A DNA stretch of 64,000 bases from a virus: positions 2,247-66,246 of IMG/VR virus record IMGVR_UViG_3300031823_000008; one strand, written 5' to 3'. The notes under the pieces are model-generated. The model saw nothing but the letters and a program-made list of their open reading frames with translations. It was not told the origin of the DNA and ran no database searches. Made by a program: the position numbers and the translations under genes. Positions 38,051-46,907 of the stretch are shown here, piece by piece (the stretch's first letter is position 1; the number at the start of each line of letters is the position of its first letter).

Positions 38051-38992
38051 ATGGCTGTTCCAGATTCTCTCATCCTGCTTCAGGCTGAACGCTCGAAGTT
38101 CACCGGCGCGCTGGTGGCGCCAAATACCAAGTCCGGATACAAATACGACCAGGCCGCATTCGCGCTCTGGGCCTCTCAGATGGATCGCAGTTCCCTGCCC
38201 GCCTCCGTGGACACCCTGGGGCTCTGGATGACCAGCATGCTGGTCAGGGGTCTCAAAACGAGCACCTGCGGACGGCGCGCCGCGGCCGTGGCTCACCTGC
38301 ACCGCACAAACGGGTATCCCTCTCCCGCCACTGACGAAATCAGGAGCCTGCTCCGCGGGGCCAGGCGGCAGCGAATTGAGCAGGTCGAGCGGGTGCTGCC
38401 GTTGGCTCTCGAAGAACTGCGCGCCATCTCGGTGCTGCTGGTGGGGGATGACACGCCCGTCAGCATCCGGAACTGGGCCATGCTGCTGACCGGGTTTACC
38501 GGAGCTCTCCGCAATTCCAACACCGCCGCCTTGCTGCTGGCCGATGTGGAGTTTTCGGAGAAAGGCGCGACATTGAAGATACGCAGTTCGAAGGCCGATC
38601 AGGAGGGCCGACGCGCGCAACTGATCGGGCTGCATCATGCCAAACACTCCGAAACGTGTCCGGTGATCGCCCTGAAGAAATGGATTGAACGGAGGGGATC
38701 TTTCGCCGGCCCTCTTTTTTCCCGGTTCGACGGAGGCCAGAGGGGAAGGGCGCTGCTTCCGGAGCGCATTGGCCAAATCGTGCAACAGTGTATCCGGCGA
38801 ATCGGCCTCGACAGCAAGCTGTATGGGGGGCATTCGCTGCGTTCCGGATTCTGCACCGAAGCTGGGCAAAGCGGCGCCGGTGAGTTACTCATTGCGGCCA
38901 CCACCGGGCACACCGACATGAGCACTTTGCGGCAATACTTCCGGAGGCGCGATGCATTCGCCGGGAACGCTCTGGGGATGTCGGATTTGTAA
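38051..38992 (+). CDS. int: Tyrosine recombinase (Cre-like integrase/resolvase)
   Basis: ALRNS, RSSKADQEG, GHSLRSGF, TGH, RQY catalytic residues; AAGGAG SD. Confidence 0.9.
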   Translation: MAVPDSLILLQAERSKFTGALVAPNTKSGYKYDQAAFALWASQMDRSSLPASVDTLGLWMTSMLVRGLKTSTCGRRAAAVAHLHRTNGYPSPATDEIRSLLRGARRQRIEQVERVLPLALEELRAISVLLVGDDTPVSIRNWAMLLTGFTGALRNSNTAALLLADVEFSEKGATLKIRSSKADQEGRRAQLIGLHHAKHSETCPVIALKKWIERRGSFAGPLFSRFDGGQRGRALLPERIGQIVQQCIRRIGLDSKLYGGHSLRSGFCTEAGQSGAGELLIAATTGHTDMSTLRQYFRRRDAFAGNALGMSDL

Positions 38993-39000
38993 ACGGCCGA

Positions 39001-39029
39001 TTGAAAACCGGTGAGAGTCCGGGTAGACT
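39001..39029 (+). promoter_or_regulatory. sigma70-type promoter
   Basis: TTGAAA-17 nt-TAGACT. Confidence 0.55.
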
Positions 39030-39064
39030 TTCGGCGTAGGACTATGCCGCTTATTGCTTGATTG

Positions 39065-39102
39065 GGGAGGGGTGGTAACGGCCGCTCTTCCCTGTTTTTG
39101 TT
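39065..39102 (+). terminator. Rho-independent terminator
   Basis: GGGAGGGGTGG/CCGCTCTTCCC stem followed by TGTTTTTGTT. Confidence 0.6.
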
Positions 39103-39477
39103 CCGTAACCCTACTTTCGCAGAACTCCACAGGAGCTGTAATTCAGCAACGGACGCGATAAACTGAAATCTACCAATCGAATAGACTTTCACATTCCAAC
39201 AGTGGCCGGAACCAAACCGCCGGCCACTTCCCCTTCCAACCCAGAAATTACAATCCCAATTCTATGCCCCTCACGCGCCGGTGGCGTGGTGTGAAGCTCG
39301 GGCCGGAGCGAAGAGTAGGCGAATCAGCGCTTCCCCTGAGCGAGAAAAGCCGCGCCGCATCGAAGTCACTCTGCCGCTTGACCGGATCAACGGGCTTCCA
39401 ATAGGCCTGAAGAAATACCCAGATGATCCACAATTCCCGGGCCAAAGAATCGGGCGCTGTCTCAGACCGCCAGGGAG

Positions 39478-40038
39478 TCATCGCAATTTGTCCAAATCAG
39501 CACGGACCACCCGCGTGTAGCCTTTCACGCTTGCCGTCGGCACAACCCCACTCGCAATAAATTCCCTGAGCCGACGTTCCGGCACGCCGGTATATGCGAC
39601 CGCTTCCCGCACGGTCAGAAAGACCCGGCATTGCAATGGCACTTCAGGCTTTGGCTGTTTCCGCGAAGGTGTGAGAGCTTTCTGAGAACCGGCGGCATCG
39701 AGGAGCGCGCGGAGGAACAGTTCCACGGCTTGAGACGGGTTCACTTTAGCGAAGTCCTGGGAAGAGTTCGCAGGTATTTCGCTGATATCTTCTGACCGCA
39801 TGACGACGGCCGTCGGGGGAGTATAGACCCGCTCCGCGCGGAGAGCTTCCACGTCGCCCGGGTGGTAGACCATGATTTTCGGACCGCCGCTCGGCCGGCG
39901 CCAACTCACGGCATGAAGCTTTCCATCCGCCCGGAATTTCTCGACGGACTTTGTCGATACCTTGAGCACCTTCGCGGCTTCGGCTTTGGTAATCCAGAAG
40001 CTGTAATCATCGATCTGCGTTTGAGCGTTTGCGGCCAC
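39478..40038 (-). CDS. Excisionase-like protein with two MerR-type HTH domains
   Basis: ITKAEAAKVLKVSTKSVEKF and LTVREAVAYTGVPERRLREFI; convergent on the integrase. Confidence 0.75.
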   Translation of the reverse strand: MAANAQTQIDDYSFWITKAEAAKVLKVSTKSVEKFRADGKLHAVSWRRPSGGPKIMVYHPGDVEALRAERVYTPPTAVVMRSEDISEIPANSSQDFAKVNPSQAVELFLRALLDAAGSQKALTPSRKQPKPEVPLQCRVFLTVREAVAYTGVPERRLREFIASGVVPTASVKGYTRVVRADLDKLR

Positions 40039-40222
40039 GGTTCCTCACTCTCGGAAGACTTTTCAGAAAAACGACGGAAGTCTTCCGTGAACTTCTCAGG
40101 CAGCATACCCCCGTTCTTCCGAGAACGCGATTTAAAACGTAAACCGGAGTGGCGCTATGGCCCAAATGCAACGACCGTTTCACAACGTAACGAGGGGAGT
40201 ATCCTGGTTACGAGGTGAGCAA

Positions 40223-40477
40223 ATGCATGCCTTTCTGGGCAATCTGATCAACTCCGTGAAGCAGGAGAAAACCGTCCCGGCGTCATTCGATGCCTATAAC
40301 CACGGAATCGCCCGCCAAATGAAGGCCCTCGTCAAAAAGGAAGACTGGGGAGAGCTCAAAATCTTCGCCGAGGAAGTGGACCGCGAGACCTCGACATTCA
40401 GCGCGGCCATCCTCGAAAATACGCCTCTCGCCATGGGTGCAACCGGCCAACAATCCAGCGGCGCCAAGGGTACCTAA
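40223..40477 (+). CDS. Hypothetical protein
   Basis: GAGGTG SD before ATG 40223. Confidence 0.6.
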   Translation: MHAFLGNLINSVKQEKTVPASFDAYNHGIARQMKALVKKEDWGELKIFAEEVDRETSTFSAAILENTPLAMGATGQQSSGAKGT

Positions 40478-40667
40478 CGTTCGGCGGCGCAGATTACCAG
40501 CAGCACCACCAGCAGCACCACGTTCACAAATACGGCGAAGAGGAACCGCCGGCGCCACAGTCGTGCTTCCGCCCAGGGCGTTAAGCCGGCTTCGCGGATC
40601 CGCCGGGCGTTGTAGCTGACGTCGCGCTCCCAGGAAGATCTCATTGTGGATGCCGGTTTCTGGCGAT

Positions 40668-41204
40668 CTATTCCTTACCCGGAAAACCGGGAGGGAGTTC
40701 CCCGCCAAAGATTTTCATGAGTGGGTTGGCCGACCGTTCGCGGGTCTTAACCGTCATCCAACCGCTGCGCAGACCAATCGACTGTTCCAGCCACACGCCA
40801 ATATCCTCTCTCACTTGGGTCCAGAACAGTTCGCGAAGGCAATCTTCCATGGAGTCGAAACGGGCGGCCTGTTCGAGCTGAAACCGCGATTCTTCTTCGC
40901 TATCCGCTTTCGACGTGGCGTAGAGGCGCGATTCGAAACAGCGGGTGCGCATTTGATCGGCCAGCGCCCAGGTACGCCGAACCTCATGACTATGAATCAC
41001 GCCGAGCTTGGTATCGTCCTCGCCGGCCGGTTTGAGATTCCGGGCCGAGCGGTCAATGTCCGGATCGGTAATTGCCTCCCAGGCTCGGACCATTTCTTCG
41101 AGGATGGGAAGGAACTCCGGCAACTTCACGCCGGCGCTTTTCGGTTTATGCCTGAACGGATTCCACTTCGCTTTCGGATTCCACTTCACTTTCGCGCCCT
41201 CCAT
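40668..41204 (-). CDS. Hypothetical protein
   Basis: 178-aa ORF in the leftward operon; duplicated K.KWNP N-terminus. Confidence 0.6.
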   Translation of the reverse strand: MEGAKVKWNPKAKWNPFRHKPKSAGVKLPEFLPILEEMVRAWEAITDPDIDRSARNLKPAGEDDTKLGVIHSHEVRRTWALADQMRTRCFESRLYATSKADSEEESRFQLEQAARFDSMEDCLRELFWTQVREDIGVWLEQSIGLRSGWMTVKTRERSANPLMKIFGGELPPGFPGKE

Positions 41205-41225
41205 ATTCTGAACCCACGAAACTCC

Positions 41226-41582
41226 CTAGCCCTCCGGTCCTTTCTCCGGCTCCGCATCGGGGTTCACGGGGGACTGGATCGCCATAAAAGTCTTCAGCGC
41301 CGACTGCGCCGCCTGACGCTTGGTCATACCCTGAGGGTCGCCTTCGTCGGAACCGGCGATGAAACAACTGCAGCGGCCTTCAATGTGCGCCACCGATCCG
41401 ACGACGGAGCGAAAGCCGCACTCAAAATGCACGGCATCCGAAAATGCCGGATGCCGGTCGTATTGCTCCAGGGCTTCTCCGCACCAGGTACAGCGCGTTA
41501 ACCCGACCCGCGATCCAGTCCCTCGTGAACCCACGCCGGCGGAAGACAGCATCTCAGGGCTAAACCTCATCTTCTCCTCCAC
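41226..41582 (-). CDS. Cys/His-rich hypothetical protein
   Basis: CTWCGE...HFEC...GSVAH..GRCSC. Confidence 0.6.
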   Translation of the reverse strand: MEEKMRFSPEMLSSAGVGSRGTGSRVGLTRCTWCGEALEQYDRHPAFSDAVHFECGFRSVVGSVAHIEGRCSCFIAGSDEGDPQGMTKRQAAQSALKTFMAIQSPVNPDAEPEKGPEG

Positions 41583-41643
41583 AGTCGAAATCTATTCGCC
41601 TGCCACCGATACCACAGCAGAGCCAGACGGCCAAACCACCCCG

Positions 41644-41991
41644 TCATTGGAGCGCACTCCATTGGACGAAGTATCCTTCCACAACCAGGTCGAAGTCTAT
41701 CCCGTGAATCCGTTCGAATTCATCCCTTCCCACCTGGTGGTAAAGCCGGTGACACTTCCAAAATAAAGGCACACAGCTAAAATCAGATGCCTTTTGGCTC
41801 GTACCTCCATCATGCCCCGTGTGAGCTGCTTCCGAAGGCCCCCGCCTGCAACCACAGCAGCACGCCTGCAATCGAATCCACGCCTTGTAATCGCGACTGC
41901 GGGCAGGTCCACGACGCACCCTCGAACGCCGCGGCGCCCTTACGACCTGGTCGAGCACGGCATACCGCAAAAACCGGGACAGGCGCGTCAT
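41644..41991 (-). CDS. DUF968-like putative HNH-type nuclease
   Basis: YKAWIRLQACC..C....EAAH...G..QKASD..CVPL..KCHR..HQ.G. Confidence 0.7.
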   Translation of the reverse strand: MTRLSRFLRYAVLDQVVRAPRRSRVRRGPARSRDYKAWIRLQACCCGCRRGPSEAAHTGHDGGTSQKASDFSCVPLFWKCHRLYHQVGRDEFERIHGIDFDLVVEGYFVQWSALQ

Positions 41992-42365
41992 CGAATCACC
42001 TTCGCCAGAATCCAGAGAACAGTAACGATGCTCCAGGTCCACCGCGAGGAAAGGAAGCGCATCATGCTCGGCCTCCGGCGCTGCTCCGGAATACATAGGC
42101 GGGGTGGATGATGGCCTGCCCGGAGCGCAGAATCATGCCGGCGATCGGAGGGTCGAGCCCGGTGAGCTGCTCAATCAGCGAGAAGTAACATTCCTCCCAC
42201 ACCGCGGGAACCTGCCACTCCCGTCCATCTTCTTTCCGGGTTAGGAAGTAGGTCATCGCTCCCCCAATCCGAACGCGATAATAATCCATACCGCGAGGAG
42301 GACCAATCCGGGGAGTGCCTGTCGGAAGGCCTGGAGCTGGAGGCGCAGCTCGCGCGTGAAGTTAT

Positions 42366-42560
42366 TCACTTGGGCACCGCGATGAAATCACTGGGATCGA
42401 GAGAATCCGCCTCTCCCCAGACGCATGGCGCGCAAGCTGTCCAACTGAGTGCCTTTGACAGGTCCTTCGAGGCCGGATTATCGCAGTTGTCGCAGAGCAC
42501 CAGGCCGTCGCGGATCCGCTTCTGCCGGCGGGCGCGTTCGATGATTTTGTTGACGGTCAT
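42366..42560 (-). CDS. Small Cys-rich protein
   Basis: ATGA coupling to the nuclease gene; CDNC...CAPC. Confidence 0.5.
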   Translation of the reverse strand: MTVNKIIERARRQKRIRDGLVLCDNCDNPASKDLSKALSWTACAPCVWGEADSLDPSDFIAVPK

Positions 42561-43342
42561 TCGCTCACCGTCCCGCCGAAATCCTTCTGACAATTCCTCC
42601 ACGCGCCGCAGTATTTCCTGGAGCACATGAAGTGCGATCTGTTGGGGAGCCAGACTCCGGCGCGAATGCTCTGCTGCACCAGCGGATAAAGCTTCTCGGT
42701 GGCGTCGATGGCGGCCTGTTCCGATTTGCAATCGAGCCGGATGAGCTGGGGGGCTTTCGTCTTCACCAGCGTGTCGAGCCTCGCCTCTCCGGAAGCCTCC
42801 GGACAAAGCTGCTGATATGTGGCCAACTGAAAACGGTAATCGCTTCCAATCTCGGTCGGTTTCTTGGCGGCCGTCTTCAGATCGATAATTCGTCCGGAGA
42901 CGTCCATCAGATCGATGAAGCCTTGCACCAACACCCCGCCAATGCGTCCAGAGACGTGCCGTTCCACCGCGGCCGGCTGGATCGAGGGACAGGCCTCGTC
43001 CAGATATTTCAGCGCCAGGGCGAGCCCTTGAGCCTTCATGGTGGCCGGATCTTCATCGTCGCGGAACTCGGTGTCTTTGGCCTTTTCCGCCCAGGCGCTG
43101 TTATAGATTGCGCTCACGCCGGCAATATCCAGATCCTGGTGAGTTTCCAGCTTCTGAGCGAAGTTCTCGCCGATCGCCGAATGGACAGACGAACCCAGGG
43201 TCAGGGCACCGGTGGGCGGGTCGTCGATCTTGACCACCTTGCGGTAGTAATACTTGGCGGAGCATCCCAGGTATTGGGAGGCGCTGCTGGGGGAGAGAAT
43301 GTCCCCCGGAGCGTCGTAGAGAATTGCGGTGCGGGTGCTCAT
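42557..43342 (-). CDS. PD-(D/E)XK RecB/Cas4-like exonuclease
   Basis: LSPSS...YLGC, GSSVH, VE, GFIDL, IIDLKT, QLATY, terminal Cys cluster. Confidence 0.9.
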   Translation of the reverse strand: MSTRTAILYDAPGDILSPSSASQYLGCSAKYYYRKVVKIDDPPTGALTLGSSVHSAIGENFAQKLETHQDLDIAGVSAIYNSAWAEKAKDTEFRDDEDPATMKAQGLALALKYLDEACPSIQPAAVERHVSGRIGGVLVQGFIDLMDVSGRIIDLKTAAKKPTEIGSDYRFQLATYQQLCPEASGEARLDTLVKTKAPQLIRLDCKSEQAAIDATEKLYPLVQQSIRAGVWLPNRSHFMCSRKYCGAWRNCQKDFGGTVSE

Positions 43343-44070
43343 TTCGCACCCCGATTCCAGCAGGACAGAAAACCGTCGCGGGAAGCCTGGATCATGAGAG
43401 TGCTCACCATATCCTGCTTGGCGGCATCACTCCATTGCTCATGCGCGGCGGCCAGGCCGTCCACCACCACGCCCAGCAATTCGCGGAAAGCGATGTCGTA
43501 CGGGATCTTGGCCGGAATGCCTGCCACAGCGTAAGGCTTCGGTGCTCCGTTCCCATTGACTGGTGGTGCGCTGTGTCCGTTGCTGGTACCATTGCCATTG
43601 TTTGAAGGTGGCTGTGCTGGTAGACGTGATGGTGTAATTGCGGTAACTGGCGCAGTCGGGGCCGGGGCGGCTGACACCGCTTCGGCCTTTTTCTTGCGCT
43701 CAATCTCGGCGAGCGATGCGCGGAGCTGCTGTTCGAGTTCCGACTCGGGAAGCCCGGTGGCGCATGCGGAGAGCGGGGGATGTGCGGGCTTCATCTCATC
43801 TTTGGCGACGGGCCAGAAGTCCCACACCGGTAAATCGCTTCTCTTCCCGGTCCACCGCTTGCATGCCCAGAAGAGCTGCCCCCTCCGGAGGCCGAGCATG
43901 TTGATGGTCTGCGCTACTCCCAGGTCGAGGTAGAGGCAGGAATCGGGCGGTTCCGCGAGCGAGAAGTAGACCTGGTCGCCAAATCGCCCCTCTACAATTT
44001 TGCCTTCCGGGTATTTGAGGGCGATCTGGATGGGAACGTTCGGCGTGATTTCAAGCTTTTGTGTGGGCAT
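43339..44070 (-). CDS. Probable recombination partner / ssDNA-binding protein
   Basis: Coupled to the exonuclease; beta-rich N-domain, Pro/Asn linker. Confidence 0.5.
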   Translation of the reverse strand: MPTQKLEITPNVPIQIALKYPEGKIVEGRFGDQVYFSLAEPPDSCLYLDLGVAQTINMLGLRRGQLFWACKRWTGKRSDLPVWDFWPVAKDEMKPAHPPLSACATGLPESELEQQLRASLAEIERKKKAEAVSAAPAPTAPVTAITPSRLPAQPPSNNGNGTSNGHSAPPVNGNGAPKPYAVAGIPAKIPYDIAFRELLGVVVDGLAAAHEQWSDAAKQDMVSTLMIQASRDGFLSCWNRGAK

Positions 44071-44355
44071 TTAGAGCCTCCCCTGGATGCTGCTCGCCCG
44101 CTGCTTCAGCTCGCTGAAATGCGCGCAGCACTGGCAGCCCGCTCCGGAATGCGCGGAGCACGCGCCCGTGGTTTCGCGGATCGCGTTCTCGGTGAACCAC
44201 CAGGCCAGGTCGACCAGCTTTTCCGCCTCCGGGCAGAGCGTCCCGCAGTCTCGCGCCAGGGACGAAGCCTGGTCGAGATCTTCATTGAGCTGCTCCAGCG
44301 CCTTGAGTTCGCTGCGCATTTCGTCTTCTCCCGCATCGGTGACTGAGTAGGACAT
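44071..44355 (-). CDS. Hypothetical protein
   Basis: GGAGG SD; CSAH...CQCC. Confidence 0.6.
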   Translation of the reverse strand: MSYSVTDAGEDEMRSELKALEQLNEDLDQASSLARDCGTLCPEAEKLVDLAWWFTENAIRETTGACSAHSGAGCQCCAHFSELKQRASSIQGRL

Positions 44356-44642
44356 TACGCCACCTCCCCGAACAGCTCGCCCTGCTGGCGTGCGATGCGC
44401 GCGGGCTTTACGACCACGGCGAGGAACGCTTCGGCTTCCTGCAGAGTGCAGCCGGTTTCGGCGAGGAACGCGGTCTCTCGCGCGATGACGGCCATCGCCT
44501 CCTCGACGCAAGGGTCGCAGCCCAGATAATCGAATTCGGGTATCTGGGTGAGACGCTCGGCGACCTCTCCGCAGTTCTGGCAGCGGAGTATGGCGACGGA
44601 GTCCAGGATGTCGGGCGAGCCGTCTTCGTTGCGGTCTATCAT
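44355..44642 (-). CDS. Zn-ribbon protein, first gene of the leftward operon
   Basis: CQNCG...CDPC; GAGG SD. Confidence 0.65.
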   Translation of the reverse strand: MIDRNEDGSPDILDSVAILRCQNCGEVAERLTQIPEFDYLGCDPCVEEAMAVIARETAFLAETGCTLQEAEAFLAVVVKPARIARQQGELFGEVA

Positions 44643-44695
44643 GCTTTGTTTCCTCTGCGCTTTAAGGTGTCGCCACCGTGTTGATCTACTCCTTA

Positions 44696-44725
44696 AGAAT
44701 AGCAGCTAGCGCTAGCACCTGTCAA
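44696..44725 (-). promoter_or_regulatory. Leftward early promoter with palindromic operator
   Basis: TTGACA-18 nt-TATTCT; spacer holds the perfect palindrome GCTAGCGCTAGC (44705-44716). Confidence 0.75.
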
Positions 44726-44770
44726 TAGCAGTAAGCAGCAAAAAGCGGTTCCTGATAGAATAAATCCCCG

Positions 44771-44926
44771 ATGGCAAGAAAAAAGAATGCCGCCGCCGTA
44801 GAACTCGGACGGAAGGGTGGCGCGGTAAAAGTACCAAAAGGATTCGCGACGATGAGCGATGAGGAGCGAAAGAGGATTCAGTCCGCTGGCGGCAAAGCCC
44901 GCTGGAAGAAGAAATCAGGAAAGTGA
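44771..44926 (+). CDS. 51-aa basic KGG-motif protein, candidate repressor (not in the ORF track)
   Basis: MARKKNAAAVELGRKGGAVKVPKGFATMSDEERKRIQSAGGKARWKKKSGK; TGA-TAGAAT just upstream, no SD. Confidence 0.75.
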   Translation: MARKKNAAAVELGRKGGAVKVPKGFATMSDEERKRIQSAGGKARWKKKSGK

Positions 44927-45222
44927 TGGATTACTATCGAGCGCGTGATGCTGCCACAACCGGAACGCCTCCGGCGCTTAAAATGTTGCCGATTGTGAAG
45001 GTGCTCTACTGCGCTGCCGCGAGTGCCCTTGGCGCGTCAGCAATCCTATTCATCGGCCTACAGATGCAGGATGCCGGGACCTCGGGAGGAACGCGGCTGG
45101 GAGACTTCTTCATCCCCTTGGCGGGCGCCGTCGCCTCGGTTCTGCTTTTCGCCAGCGGCGCGGCCCTCGGGCTCCTTCAGCGGATTGCGGAAGCGGTGGA
45201 AAATCGCGAGGTATCGAAATGA
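44923..45222 (+). CDS. Two-TM membrane protein
   Basis: Two hydrophobic helices, ends LLQRIAEAVE. Confidence 0.65.
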   Translation: MMDYYRARDAATTGTPPALKMLPIVKVLYCAAASALGASAILFIGLQMQDAGTSGGTRLGDFFIPLAGAVASVLLFASGAALGLLQRIAEAVENREVSK

Positions 45223-45512
45223 TGCAATTGAAAGAGCACGCCGGAACTATCACGGCTCTCAATATATTCGGCTGGATTGCAGCAATTCTCGCGCCCCTCC
45301 TGGGAGCATACTGCTGGCTCGTGGCTCAAAACGGCGCGGAGGATAGCGCGGCGATGCGGCCGCTCCTGTTCGCAGCGGGGGCCAGCTTCATATTCGGTCT
45401 CGTGCTGATTGGCTTGTCTGCCTTAATCGAAATCTCCGCGGAAGTTTCCAGGGCGGCGCATCTATTACTCGAAGAATCGAGATCGCGAGCAGCGGAGGCC
45501 ACGCTGAAATAG
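45219..45512 (+). CDS. Two-TM membrane protein
   Basis: Two hydrophobic helices, same layout as the previous gene. Confidence 0.65.
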   Translation: MMQLKEHAGTITALNIFGWIAAILAPLLGAYCWLVAQNGAEDSAAMRPLLFAAGASFIFGLVLIGLSALIEISAEVSRAAHLLLEESRSRAAEATLK

Positions 45513-45862
45513 CCCCCTTGCAGAGTGTGGGTAGAAATGAGCATTGAAGAAAATCTGCTTCTCGACTTCTCGGAGCTACGCTGGCTGGTAATCTCCTGTA
45601 CGGATTGCCACACGGAAGTATCCATTGACGCCGCAGAGACCAGTACCGCAATCCCATCTCAGTGCCCAAGCTGCAACAGGAGCTATGAGGGTTCCGTTCG
45701 CCAGAACCTCGACACCTTTCGCCGGCTCTACGCTACGGCCAGGTGGAAAGTCCGGGTCGTCAAAGGGAGCGAACCCCAGAAATAGGCCGCTTGCAGAGTG
45801 TGGCTGAAAGTGACGGTTTAGGATGAAAAAACTCTTAAGTCGGCCCTTTTGCAGAGTGTGGC
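45506..45862 (+). repeat. Three copies of TTGCAGAGTGTGG
   Basis: 45518-45530, 45791-45803, 45849-45861; the first two extend to GAAATAG(C/G)CC(C/G)CTTGCAGAGTGTGG. Confidence 0.85.
45538..45785 (+). CDS. Zn-ribbon protein flanked by direct repeats
   Basis: CTDC...CPSC; start approximate. Confidence 0.65.
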
Positions 45863-45917
45863 TTCAGCGCTACACGCAGAGTTTTAGCACGCTACGCCAG
45901 TGGCAGGAGGTGTACTG

Positions 45918-46241
45918 ATGAAAACAACGCCAAAGCTATCCGTAGGCGATCTTCAATCTGCATCGGAGGATCTCGCGCGCAACGCGCTGACTCTTCATCC
46001 AAATCTCCCGCCCGCACAGCTCGTGGACAAAATCGCGGATCTCGCCGATTCTGAAGTCAGGTCGGAGATCGAGCAATTTCTCTGGACTCAGTATTTTCTG
46101 CGAACTATTCGGCGCGTTCGATTTCAGGAGCGCCCGGTGCCCGCGCCTCTGTTCCATTACGCTCCGATACAGGAGGCATCGTCCCACCTTCCTGCGAAGC
46201 TGAAGCTAGGGGGTCCGCACTTTCCCGCCAGAATCTCTTGA
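45918..46241 (+). CDS. Hypothetical protein, paralogue of 17432..17911
   Basis: AGGAGG SD; SVG(D/E).......L.RN...L.P..P.A.L.D.I and APLF shared. Confidence 0.65.
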   Translation: MKTTPKLSVGDLQSASEDLARNALTLHPNLPPAQLVDKIADLADSEVRSEIEQFLWTQYFLRTIRRVRFQERPVPAPLFHYAPIQEASSHLPAKLKLGGPHFPARIS

Positions 46242-46266
46242 CTTCAATCGGGCCGCATGGTATATT
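46238..46266 (+). promoter_or_regulatory. sigma70-type promoter of cassette Y
   Basis: TTGACT-17 nt-TATATT. Confidence 0.7.
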
Positions 46267-46306
46267 CTAAGAGTAGCCCGCCACCAACGGGCAAGGAGAA
46301 AACCAA

Positions 46307-46552
46307 TTGAACGATCAACAGCTTTTGACTCTCGCCATCGCCATCGTCTTTCCGTTGTCGATGCTGATCTACTCCAACAGCCGCATCACCGAAGCCAAAG
46401 AGACGCTCCGCGCCGAAATGGGCGCTCTTCGAGCGGATATGAGACTGGACTTCGAGCGCGTCACCAATAAGATCGACCATCTGGCGGGCGAGGTCGCCAC
46501 CTTAAAAGACTTGATGTCTACGCACCTGCGTGAGCATCACAACGTCAAATAA
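46307..46552 (+). CDS. TM + coiled-coil small protein, first gene of cassette Y
   Basis: TTG start after hairpin + AAGGAG; YSNSRITEAKETLRAEM. Confidence 0.75.
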   Translation: MNDQQLLTLAIAIVFPLSMLIYSNSRITEAKETLRAEMGALRADMRLDFERVTNKIDHLAGEVATLKDLMSTHLREHHNVK

Positions 46553-46558
46553 ATCAAG

Positions 46559-46652
46559 CTCCGCCGCGCGGCTCTTCCGCTCGTTCGCGGTCCTCTCCGT
46601 AAGCGGAGCCTTCTGGGGTGGTACCCGGACCGGGGAGTAGGTAAGCTCCCCG
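46559..46652 (+). ncRNA. Conserved four-hairpin intergenic RNA motif, copy Y
   Basis: Homologous to 3549..3636 (-); shared GGAGTAGGYAAGCTCC hairpin. Confidence 0.65.
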
Positions 46653-46667
46653 AAAAGGAAATCAGAA

Positions 46668-46907
46668 ATGGCCGATATGACGATGAAAGAATTGCAGGAC
46701 ACCCTCGCTGTGGTTGTAGGGATTCAGGCCAGGCAGGCCGAGCTGATAAAGGGCCATGGCGAGTGGTTGCAGCAGCACGACCAAGCCATTTTGGATATCA
46801 GAGAGAACGGGCGCAGGACAGATGCGCGCATCGCCGAGATCGGGGAGCGGATCGACAAGCTGGTGAGCGGCATCGGCGAATTCATCCGCGGGGAGTCGCG
46901 TCAATGA
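46668..46907 (+). CDS. Small coiled-coil protein
   Basis: RRTDARI...ERIDKLVSGIGEFIR. Confidence 0.75.
   Translation: MADMTMKELQDTLAVVVGIQARQAELIKGHGEWLQQHDQAILDIRENGRRTDARIAEIGERIDKLVSGIGEFIRGESRQ

Noticed and set aside
39007-39023. CCGGTGAGAGTCCGG resembling a cobalamin riboswitch or intron T-loop
   Set aside because: The other conserved elements are absent; it is better explained as a promoter spacer.
42557-43342. Cas4-like nuclease as a sign of CRISPR-Cas
   Set aside because: No repeat-spacer array or other cas genes; such exonucleases are common in phage recombination modules.
46559-46652. tRNA gene (a cloverleaf-like fold is possible)
   Set aside because: No TTC T-loop, D-loop GG or 7-nt anticodon loop; kept as an unknown RNA motif.
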